Assembly (NCBI RefSeq): GCF_040938485.1
Contig: NW_027272134.1
Span: forward strand, 992,001-1,056,000
Direction: 5' to 3'
DNA: 64,000 bases
Source of the DNA: Diadema antillarum
Taxonomy: Eukaryota
Below, piece by piece: positions 12,960-23,800 of the stretch. The notes beneath the pieces are model-generated. The model did not search any database and had not been told where the DNA came from. It worked only from the letters and a program-made list of their open reading frames with translations. The translations under genes and the position numbers were made by a program. The first letter of the stretch is position 1. Every line of letters begins with the position of its first letter.

Positions 12960-13649
12960 GTGTAGTCCATGTACACTTGAACTGTACATTGTACTAGGCG
13001 AGTGATAACAGTCAGCTGACCAGGACAATTCCAGAAGTATTTAATTATGCTCACTGAATGCTGCGCCTGATGACATCACAATGAAAATTAGCATACAAGC
13101 TTGTATGGCCGCGCCCATTGATGCTCTCAGGGGAAGATAAGGAAATACATTGTTCATGTACTTCATTATCGCATGAGAGCATTTTACAGTACAAACAGTG
13201 AAGGAGTTATCAAGATATTGAGAGAATGCGAAATGATTCTTTCAAATCCAGGTTCTGGTGCTCCTTTGTAACTTGCCTCGAGATATTGTAGATATGTTGC
13301 TTTTTCATTACTATGTCACAGAAGCCTACCACTTTAAATCTAGTCCTATATCCATGTTAAACACACAATGGACATCGAGTATGGAGGTTGGACAACAGGT
13401 AAACTTATGACACATTGCTCTGCTTTCTTTCATTAGGTGCAAACAACTGATTGGCATATAATCGAAGAATTTACTCCTGCAAAGCATGTTAATGGTTTCA
13501 TCTTCCACTGGCTGCATCAAATGCAATACACACTAAACATAATGTATACTCAGTAAACTGTAATTGCGTTTGTGTGTTTGGATAAAAATGTACAAAAGGT
13601 TCAGTGTGTGTGTGTGTGTGTGTGTAGGTATGCATAATTATGCATCCAT

Positions 13650-13800
13650 NNNNNNNNNNNNNNNNNNNNNNNNNNNNNNNNNNNNNNNNNNNNNNNNNNN
13701 NNNNNNNNNNNNNNNNNNNNNNNNNNNNNNNNNNNNNNNNNNNNNNNNNNNNNNNNNNNNNNNNNNNNNNNNNNNNNNNNNNNNNNNNNNNNNNNNNNNN
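13650..13800. other. Assembly gap (151 N)
   Basis: Run of n characters. Confidence 1.
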
Positions 13801-16022
13801 AACTCGCCTAAGTCGACGTCGCATATGTCGAATAATCGCGCAAGTCGAAGATTTTAAAAAGTCCCGATTTTTCCCCATTGACTTACGTGTATTAATTCAC
13901 TCACAAGTCGAATTTTTTAAGTCGAATACTCGCCTAAGTCGATGAAATTCCAAGAACACTTTCACGGAAAAACCATTGAATTCACTGTGCCTAAGTCGAA
14001 TAAGATTTTATTGTGTAATAAATCACTGTCAAAATCACGAGACGCCAGTTTTTGTTTACATACAGTATATACAAAAAGAAACTTTGCGTTAATAAACACT
14101 AACGTTTCATTAACGCAAGCGGTTTCACCTGAATCGTTATTAACGCAAACTAACGATCGGGAAAACAAGGAAAAGTAGAAATTACGCGGTGCGTAATATA
14201 TGTCCCCGCCGGAAGTAGCATTTTGTAGCAAAATGTACAATATAGGTCAAAAATCAAGGTCAAAGGTCAAAATTCTGTGTAGAAGTTTTGAAGTGCTCAC
14301 CTAGTGCCATCACATAAAGCAAACGGAATCGAAATCGGGTTAGAAATGGCGAAGGAGTAGCATTTTGTAGCAAAATGTACAACAAAATGTAGGTCAAAAA
14401 TTAAGGTCAAAGGTCAAAATTCTGTGTAGAAGTTTTGAAGCCCTCACCTAGTGCCATCACATAAAGCAAACAGAATCGAAATCGGGTAAGAAATGGCGAA
14501 GGAGTAGCATTTTGTAGCAAAATGTACAATACAGGTCAAAAATCAAGGTCAAAGGTCAAAGAAGTCAAAGGTCAAAATTCTGTGTAGAAGTTTTGAAGCC
14601 CTCACCTAGTGCCATCACATAAAGCAAATAGAATCAAAATCGGGTTAGAAATGGCGAAGGAGTAGCATTTTGTAGCCAATGTACAATATGGGTCAAAAAT
14701 CAAGGTCAAAGGTCAAAGAAGTCAGAGGTCAAAATTCTGTGTAGAAGTTTTGAAGCCCTCACCTAGTGCCATCACATAAAGCAAACGGAATCGAAATCAG
14801 GTAAGAAATGGTGAAGGAGTAGCATTTTGTAGCAAAATGTACAATACAGGTCAAAAATCAAGGTCAAAGGTCAAAGAAGTCAAAGGTCAAAATTCTGTGT
14901 AGAAGTTTTGAAGCCCTCACCTAGTGCCATCACATAAAGCAAACGGAATCGAAATCGGGTAAGAAATGGCGAAGGAGTAGCATTTTGTAGCAAAATGTAC
15001 AATACAGGTCAAAAATCAAGGTCAAAGGTCAAAGAAGTCAAAGGTCAAAATTCTGTGTAGAAGTTTTGAAGCCCTCACCTAGTGCCATCACATAAAGCAA
15101 ACGGAATCGAAATCGGGTTAGAAATGGCGAAGGAGTAGCATTTTGTAGCAAAATGTACAATATAGGTCAAAGGTCAAGGTCAAAGGTCACGACTGAAATT
15201 CTGTGTAGAAGTTTTAAAGCTCCCATGTAGTGCTATCATATAAAGCAAACAGAATCAAAATTGGCTCATAAATGACAGAGAAGTAGCAAATTGAAGATTT
15301 TGATCACACACGGACGCACACACGGACGGACACACGGACGGACGGACGGACGGACACACGGACACACACACGTACGGAGCCCGTTTCATAGTCCCCTGCT
15401 CGAACTCGTTCGGCGGGGACAATTAACGTTTGTAGTAACGATGAGTAACGATCCCAAGCACAAATTAACGATGTTTCGTTGACATTAACGATAGGTAACG
15501 CAAGAACTCACGGGAGATTTTGGTTTCCGTTACCCAGACCTGGTGAAAGGACGACGTAGCCCCTGCCGAGTGTAGCGATTTATGCCTTATATACTTAGCG
15601 GAGTCTTTTCGCGAATCGAATCACGATTTCGCGAATGGTTAATATGCGACCGGGGTCACCAAAAACGCACGCCGGGCCACCAAAAAAAAAAAAAGCCGGA
15701 TGTTTGCCTTCAGTTTTGGAAATGAACAGCGGTACCAATCGGCTCCATAAGATGCTAGAATAAATGTCAGATGTTTGCTCTTAATTTTGGAAATGAATAA
15801 CGATAATATTCAATGTGGATAAAGTGTCTTGCTGAAGGGCAAATATCGGGCACACCGCTCCAGCTCTCGGCTCCAGAGTAGACAACATACATGTACATTA
15901 TACATGCATGTGTACGCGTGGTGTAACTGTAAGTCGATTTTATTTTCGACTTACGCAGAAGTCGAAACTCGCCTAAGGCGATGTGTTTTGCTCAGTCCCG
16001 AGAAGATCAACTTATGCGAGTT
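13801..16022. mobile_element. Outer MITE-like element with CGCCTAAGTCGA subrepeats, split by nested insertions
   Basis: AACTCGCCTAAGTCGA at 13801 versus TCAACTTATGCGAGTT ending about 16022 (inverted). The AAGTCGA motif clusters at 13801-14000 and 15930-16020. The left end abuts the gap, so it may be incomplete. Confidence 0.55.
14181..15423 (-). mobile_element. Helentron-associated non-autonomous element (HINE/DINE-1-like) with an internal satellite of about 150 bp
   Basis: Terminal hairpin ATTACGC-GGT-GCGTAAT (14181-14197); subterminal inverted repeats TGTCCCCGCC (14201) and GGCGGGGACA (about 15412-15421); (ACGG/ACAC)n microsatellite at 15305-15372; partial palindrome GTCCCC...GGGGAC; about 7 tandem units of 141-158 bp containing GGTCAAAGGTCA. 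Confidence 0.8.
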
Positions 16023-16577
16023 TAACTGTATGTTGAAAAAGACCTGTCATTTCCAAAGTTTGAGAATTTGATTGTGAATTCTACATGCTCACTGTATACA
16101 GTGAGTATACTAGTATGCATGATTGCTCGATTGCAGTGACACATTCATGGAGGAAAACAATAGACAGAAAATGTAATTACACAGTGCATATAAAAAAATA
16201 CATGTAACACAATATAGCTTTGAGCACTTCTGTGGATACGGCACTACATGTATACACCCTGTATAGCCCTGTATAGCCATCACTATTTTTTGTATCGATG
16301 TCAATGGTTGGTCTTTTTGCACCTCCAGACATTGATTTATATCTATATCTTCCCCAATATCTATCATCTCAGCCTCCAACGTCCATTACAGCTTCTACAC
16401 TGGAACGAATTGCCAGTACAATGTATACCATCTCACTCTTGTGTCTGCAGTAAGTCATCAGCAACATATTACAGGACAATGCATCTTAACCACATAATTC
16501 TAAAATTAGCATAACATGCCCTGGATTACAATTGAAATTTTATGTACACCTGTATATAGAAAATTGACATAATTATA

Positions 16578-16759
16578 CAGTGCACTCCCGTTATAACGAA
16601 GTCCTGGGGACCGGCAGTTTTCTTTCGTTATATCAAAATTTCGTTATAACCAAACAAACAATAAAAATACATAGAGTGGATAATATTGCGGTCTGAATTT
16701 TTACTTCGTTGTAACCACAATTTTGGCATAACCGTGTTCGTTATAACGGGAGTGCACTA
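16578..16759. mobile_element. TA-flanked MITE family A (Tc1/mariner-like), copy 1
   Basis: TIR CAGTGCACTCCCGTTATAACG and its reverse complement, with TA on both sides. Homologous copies at 32353-32546 and 60373-60558. Confidence 0.85.
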
Positions 16760-16909
16760 TAGTACGTGTATAAATCACATGCTTTTATGATTCTATCATT
16801 TAGAGCATTAGATATTAGTCGATGTACAAAGATGTTATAACTGGCTTATACAAAGATATTCAAGGAATTCGATGCATCTTGCTGGGTAGATCAAAGAAAA
16901 GTATTTGAT

Positions 16910-19900
16910 TCAAATATTGGTATGCTGAATGAGTCGTGGATAAATCACATGGGCCATGCCTGAGATAAGTGTCTGATTGGCCATCTCTAGTATGAACTGT
17001 ACCAAAGGAAAGCAAGTGTTAGGATTCAAATTCTCATGGGTATGTTCCTCTAACACTGAGCCTTCATCATCCCTGCTTTCACCTCCATGGGAAGATCGAG
17101 TTCTACAGCAATCAGAATCTGACGCATCAGCCCCTGCACTGCTTGTGATCCCTTCCTCATCATTTGATGTGCCAACCCAGCACATGACAAACTCCACCAT
17201 GGGTTTGGGAAAGAGGGAGTGCACCAGTCTCACTGGCTGTGGCAAGCTGTTGATCTGGTCGATGTTTCTAAGCTTGAAATCCTCCACCCGCTCACTAATG
17301 GCCATTACTTCCCTGTGAAAAGTGGATCCTAGCCACTTGGCCACAGCACACAAGAAAGTGTCACCATTACCATGGCAATCACCATCTGGACTTCCCCCGA
17401 CAGTGTCTTCTGGCCTGTTCCAATGATGCGAAGACACTGCATTCATCATCCCACACAGCACTGCCAATTCCCTGTCTGTCATCAAACACATTCGCTCCCC
17501 AAATTTCTCCAGTGCAGTCACTAGCTCCCGACCAAACATTATCCTCTCCCTGCACCCCACCTGGGTAGCAGAACCTTGCAGTCTCCTTTCGAGCAAATGA
17601 CACCAGCATTTAGTCCTGTCAAAGACCGGTGGACAAGGTTCCTCATCTGTGGAAACCTCTTCTGTGTGGTGGACGGATAAATTTGAAGCATATTTCCCCT
17701 GCATCTGCTGCTGGCATGGCCTATCGTCGACACAGTCTGTTCTGGGATCACTGCTCTCAATTAGATTGTCCTTCTCAAAATCTGCCAGTGTTCTCTTCTT
17801 GCTTGGCACGTTGTCATGGAGTACAATTGTGTAATGCCTCTTCTGTGACAGAGATATATCTCTTAAGCCTTTTTGCCCCTCAGCATCATGCAGTTGAGAA
17901 TGAATAGTGTTTTCCACCATCCCTGCCTGTTTGTCCATACCTCCAGACTCTGTAGATAATTCAGCTGTGCATCTGCTGTGCGATGGGTGGATGGATTTGA
18001 CTGTGATGCTCAGAGGCAAAAGTGAAGCATTGTGTCTTTTTCTCCATAAGTCCTGTGAAGAAAGTAGGGATAATTATACGATAATCACTGCAGAAAGACT
18101 TAGCTTTCCCACTATACTTAGTCTACGAAGACCAAATTGTAGTTTGATAATTTCATGGTTTGATAATCTACCATTCATAGTAGAGAACAAGATGTCCCTA
18201 CATACCTGTACAATAAAAGAATGCATACAAAGTAAAAGGGATTCAGTGAGACATGAATACTGCTAAGTCATGCACAAGGAATTTATAATCCAGTTCAATT
18301 CCGAGGTGTCAATTCTTCTAGATAAATCCTTGCAGTTGATAAAACTTGGGTTTGGAACATTTCACTTGGGCAATGGGAATGTGATATGATGTCTGTTTTA
18401 GATACACATGAAAGGACAAAAAAGGAAGGCTCAGAGTCTAGATTACTAAATTCTTGGATAGAAAAGAAAATGGGACATTAGGTCTGAGATTAAAGATGAT
18501 TTTAAAAGGGAAATCCCCCTGATAAAAAAAGCACCATCAACGCTTTCTCATATAAGCTGTGAAAAGCCCCTGATCAACTGCACCTGTGTGTGTACTGAGT
18601 GTTACTTTGCATCTGGTTAAAGGAACTCTGTTTGATTTAAATCAATTACACATGGCAAGAAAATCACAATAGACTCAGTTCATGAATTCACGCAGCCCCA
18701 CTCTGCAATTTCAATGACACAGCTCAAAGTCTCCAGTTTGAGGTGGAAATCTGTATTGTTGACAAACCTGTAAAGTGTCCATAATCATAATCTGATGGTC
18801 TGAGGAATGGAACTCAAAGGTCACCTTTACTACACCCTGGATGCTATAGAACCACACACCCCGACTTATGCCATGGAGTCCGCTTACTTTGGTACCTGCA
18901 AGGAACATAAATGTCATCACATGATCTTTAATTCACTTGCTTGTTTTTCTTTCTGTTTTAAGTGATCTAGGTAAACCAGTACACAAACATTGGTAATGTA
19001 ATCTTGCCTTGACCCTCTCTGGAATGATATGTTAATATAATGTACCATTAGCATCTGGTGCATTAATTGGAGGTGCTGATGGCGATGACTTTCAAGTGGG
19101 CTAAAGTTTCAACATTTCAGCATTGACTGTCCAGGAAACATACAAACACTGTATGTCACTAGATCAAAACGGGTTTTCCTACACGCAGAAATACATATAC
19201 AAGAACAACTATTCATTGAGGCAAGGAAACAAATTGTTAACTACACTAATTAATTCTAAGTAACAATAAAAGTTATTAAAACTACAGGCTAAGTTTGATG
19301 CCATTTACTTAAATGTTAGCATCCTAACTGATTATACAGTGAACAGTGTGAAGTTTACCACTCACCTGAGGGGAACATAAGCTTAGTTGCCAGTCCAAGT
19401 TTGCTGTACCTAGCATGAATTCTTGGCTGGTTGTCTGGAGTAATGGCTGTTCCATTCAGTACATCAGTTGCCAAAAACAGAGGGGTTCCTTTTTGCAGGT
19501 CCTGGAAATTAAAGTTTTTCACATACAGTCATAGATTATATTTATAGGTATATTCAAAGTCAATATTTGATGCATGTAAAGGAGATAAAGCATGTAATAC
19601 ATTTTCTGTTAGTCTACCTTTGAATATACTGGAGTAGATGGATCTCCTCGTTATTTTTGCCCAATGAATTAGATCATAATAATCATAGGTGCTGTGCAGC
19701 GATAGAGCCAGCAGAGGTGTTAAAGGGATGGTACAGTAGGCCCTATTGGTGGAGATGAGAATTTGGCTTTTAACTTTTTGCGAGATACCAAGAAAACACT
19801 TATGATATAGTACAGAGCATACCATTATAAGAGGAATTCAAAGTTTATTTGATGAAAATCGGGTTTGGAATGACTGAAACATCCAAAAACAAAGTAAAAC

Positions 19901-20632
19901 AAAGCGATCGTAATAAAGAGTGGGTCCCACTAGAATCGCACTTTTTTGGATATCTCAGCCATTTTAAAACCAATTTTCATCAAATAAAAGTTGAATTCCT
20001 CATAGAATTACATGCTATTTCATATTTCAGAAGAAATTTCTCATTATCTCACCAAAAAATGTTAGAAACCTGAAATTAGGTCTAGATCTCAACCAAAATT
20101 ATATGATCCCTTTAACTACCCACATGTCACTAGCACTTGTTCGAACTTGTAAACTCCAGACTAGAAACTTCTCAAAACCTTCACGCCTTCCCGTTGATAA
20201 TAAGAACTCATACTTAGGCGAGTTTTAGTCCGTTGCCTTCTCATCGCGCTATTTCTTCCCTACAAACGCTCCGCACTCACTCTATAACAAATAAACATTT
20301 ATAAACGAGCTCACGAGATATTTACGGTGTGGGACTGAGCGTCTACTGTCTACTGCTACTGGAGTACACTGTAACTGTACTGCTGAACTACTCTAAAGTC
20401 CAAGCTAAGTATAGTTTCTGACAGAGAACAAAATATCACAAATATTTACTTCATGCGTTGACACTGTTTGATTTCCATTATCCAGGCTGAGGAATCTTAT
20501 TTTCTTCGTTCTCAAAGAACACGATGGAAATGAGATGAAGTTCGCAGAGGTCATGTCGGTAACGGTGTGTTGCCTGCCCATCGCGCCCACAGAGTCCCGG
20601 TAGCGAGTCCCCGGATCCCGGTGGCGGCGCAT
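16910..20632 (-). CDS. Uncharacterised protein, 4 coding exons, about 510-530 aa depending on start codon
   Basis: Exons 20632 (or ATG 20581)-20450, 19501-19366, 18895-18768 and 18052-16910 join with canonical GT-AG sites and matching phases (0, 1, 0). The last exon contains the 369-aa ORF. The exon 1 donor (GTAAAT) and the start codon are the least certain parts. Confidence 0.8.
19720..20115. mobile_element. TTAA-flanked MITE (Kolobok-like), family K1 copy 1
   Basis: Ends are TTAAAGGGATGGTA...GATCCCTTTAA. The body is closely similar to 28045-28444. Confidence 0.75.
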
Positions 20633-20818
20633 CCCAGCGCGGTGCTCTACTACTACTAGTCACTACGTAGGTACACGTACTCTAGGTAGCACGTGCACAC
20701 ACATGTTCCCACTTCCCTGCAACAGGCTGTGTATCTTCAGGATCTTACACCTGCGGCGTGTGCGGCGGTGGGGCACTGCATTTGCCATGTGTGTGTGTAC
20801 ATCCTGCGTACACTCGTC
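20633..20818. promoter_or_regulatory. Putative bidirectional promoter between the uncharacterised gene and MRPL50
   Basis: The two predicted start codons point apart and are only about 190-240 bp apart; the region is CpG-rich. Confidence 0.6.
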
Positions 20819-23800
20819 ATGTCGTCCACACTTGCCACAATCTGTCTCAGATTACGAGGCATTCGAGGATTCCCGAGGCTTCACAGACTCTATGATGCAA
20901 ATAAACCGTCATTAGTATGTAGCGTGAGTAATCTTTATTTGTTGAAAGAATTCATGGGTAAATGATATTCACATTACATGTTCGAAAAACCTGAGTGGTG
21001 GAAATGAGCATTTCAACTAGCGTAGTCCCACAAACTTATATTTGTGTTTCGTAAACATTGAACCTTGAACCTGTGAATGATCATGACAACGAGTGGTTCA
21101 CTGGAGCTGGAGGGAGCTGTACTGTGCTGTGAGCTGTGCAATGTGCTGTAGCAGGGTGCCTGTGGCGATGTAAGATCCGGTGCGTTTATATCCAGGGGGG
21201 TTCACAAAGCTGTTCTTAAAGTTAAGAAGGACTTAACTTAAGTGCGACTGGTGATCATGTCTTCATGTTCTTGTGCTGAATTATTGAGATTCTCTTGCCC
21301 TGGCTGTGGCTGTCTGTAATCTAGTGTAAATTTATACATCTACGAACCTGAAATTTAAATCTTCAAAATATATGGCTATTGCTTAAGTGCTTGGCCTATG
21401 CTCTACTCCGTAATGTAAAATTTAGTAAAAATACAGTGGTTAACTTTCTTTGTATCAGCGAATTTAAAATGTCAAGTTGTGCCTGGTTTTAAGTTTTTTG
21501 TTTGTTTGTTTTCTTTCGTTTTGCTCCTACTGCCACAACATGACATTTATATTAAAAAGGACAATATTCTTGTTCTCTATTATGGATCCGTTTGCAGTTA
21601 AAGAATGTTCTCTTTTTTCCATGTTACATAGAACCTATAACGTAAGCTGCCCACGATTCAACCACAACGCCGTCCAAAATTTGACTTCCTCCTATGAATA
21701 TACTGTACATGCAGAAACCTATGTGCTTTTGCTCAGTCTGAACTGTGGCATGGGTTTTGAACCTTGCTGTGGATGCTGACACATTAAGTAATTGTAATGT
21801 TAGGCCCGTGAGTGTGAGGATGGAATTAGAGGTTGAAATGTAAACAGACTTGATTGTGTGTACATGGTTTTATGTTTGTGTGTGTTTGTGGATGTGTGGG
21901 TGTGTGTAAATGCAAATCCTGTATCATAGGATAGATGTGACAACTTCCCGTGTATTTATTGCCTCTCCATTGACATAATGGTTCGGCAGATATCGACTAG
22001 CTGTGTACGGCATGATGACACTGGCCTGAAAACAGACTCCGAGATGTCATGGGTGCGCAGGATCCTGCAGGGGAGTGGGCCGAGTGCAGACGTTGATGAG
22101 ACGGGGCTGGAGGAGGAAGTGGTGGAGGTAGAACCAAGATACATGGAGATCCTTCAGGAGACTCCATCGGACTTTATTTCTTGGTATGCCCAAGTTTTTC
22201 TCTAACTGATTCTTATTTACTGACAGTGCCAGTTTCTCTTTGCCTGGGCTCATTATGGTCAATTTTATCCCGAGGTTGATAATCACCCCAGTACAAAGCA
22301 CGTTGAATGTAGTTCGTTTGTTTGGTTTTTTTTGATCAACTTTATAAAGTAGCAAGCACTGACATTTTTCTGTAGATGAACAAAATGCGAGTGAGATAAT
22401 GCATAAAATGTAGACCTTTGTGTGCTACAGCTGTATGTATTCTATCAGGTGATGGATGAGCAGTCCTGTTATTTGGTGACAAATGTTGAAATAATTATAC
22501 CCCCGCCAAATGAAGTTTGAAGAGGGTATATAGAAATCAGCGGACGGTCGGGCGGTCGGTCGGGCAGTCGGGCGGTCGGGCGGTCGGTCCGTTGCAAATC
22601 TTGCGTCGCGAACTACTTCCTCAGTTTTCAACCGATTCCCATAAAACTTGGCACAGATGTGTGCCTTGGGTTGTAGATGTGCAAGACGTATTTTTTGACA
22701 GTACCCAAAAGTACGTTGCCATGGTAACGGCATATTATGGGCAAAAATGGGTACAAATCTTGCGTCGCGAACTCCTCCCACAGTTTTTGATCAATTTTTA
22801 TGAAATTAGGTACAGATGTTCATCTGAATATGTTAATGTGCAAGACACATATTTCCGCAGTGGCAAAAAGTGCGTTGCCATGGTAACGGCATGTAAAATA
22901 TAGGGCAAAATGCTTCATGGCAAAACTGCTTCATCAGTGTTCTTCCAATTCTCATGGAATTCATATTGAATGTTTGTCTTAGGATATAGGTCAGCATGAC
23001 ACATTTCTTGACAGTGACAAAAAGTATGTTGCCATGGTAACAGCTCACATATTATGAGCCAAAATGATGGAAAATTTTGTGTTGCAAACTACTTCCTCAG
23101 TTTTTGCCCAATTTCCATGAAACTTGGTACAGATGTGTGCCTTTGGTTGTAGATGTGCAAGACGCATTTTTCGACAGTACCCGAAAGTACGTTGCCATGG
23201 TAACGGCATATTAATGGCAGAAGATCAAGGAAAGATCTTGCGGATTTAACTACTTCCTCAGTTTTTTGACCAAAGCTTATGAAATGTTGTTTTGACCAAA
23301 GCTTATGAAATGTTGTTTGGCGGGGGTATAACCAGTCGCTGTAGCGACATTTTTTGCGAGTGAGATAATGCATAAAATGTAGACCTTTGTGTGCTACAGC
23401 TGTATGTATTCTATCAGGTGATGGATGAGCAGTCCTGTTATTTGGTGACAAATGTTGAAATAATTAAATCAGGTACCGTAAACTGGGGGGACATTGGACA
23501 GGCGGGTGACTTTGGACAGTTCAGAAAAAAAAGATTGTTTCACTTACATTTTTTTTGCTGTTGGTTTTTCTGAAAATATTTTTGTATGTTATGAAAGGGG
23601 GATATGTGAATATTTGAATGACTGCACTTCTCTTGTATATTGCATTACCTTACATGTTTTGGGGGCTTTTTTTTGCAGGGTCCATGGAATGCTTGAATTT
23701 TGTGGCCGTCGAACTTTTGGTACTCTAGGAATACAGAAGTATGGAAGCTCAAGCCTATTTGTTGGATAGTGAACATGAAGTGGTCATGAACCCACCTATA

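Noticed and set aside
13498-13945. ORFs spanning the N run
   Set aside because: Artefacts of the assembly gap.
14213-15300. Regular repeats of about 150 bp that could suggest a CRISPR-like array
   Set aside because: Units are head-to-tail copies with no unique spacers, the DNA is eukaryotic, and they sit inside a HINE.
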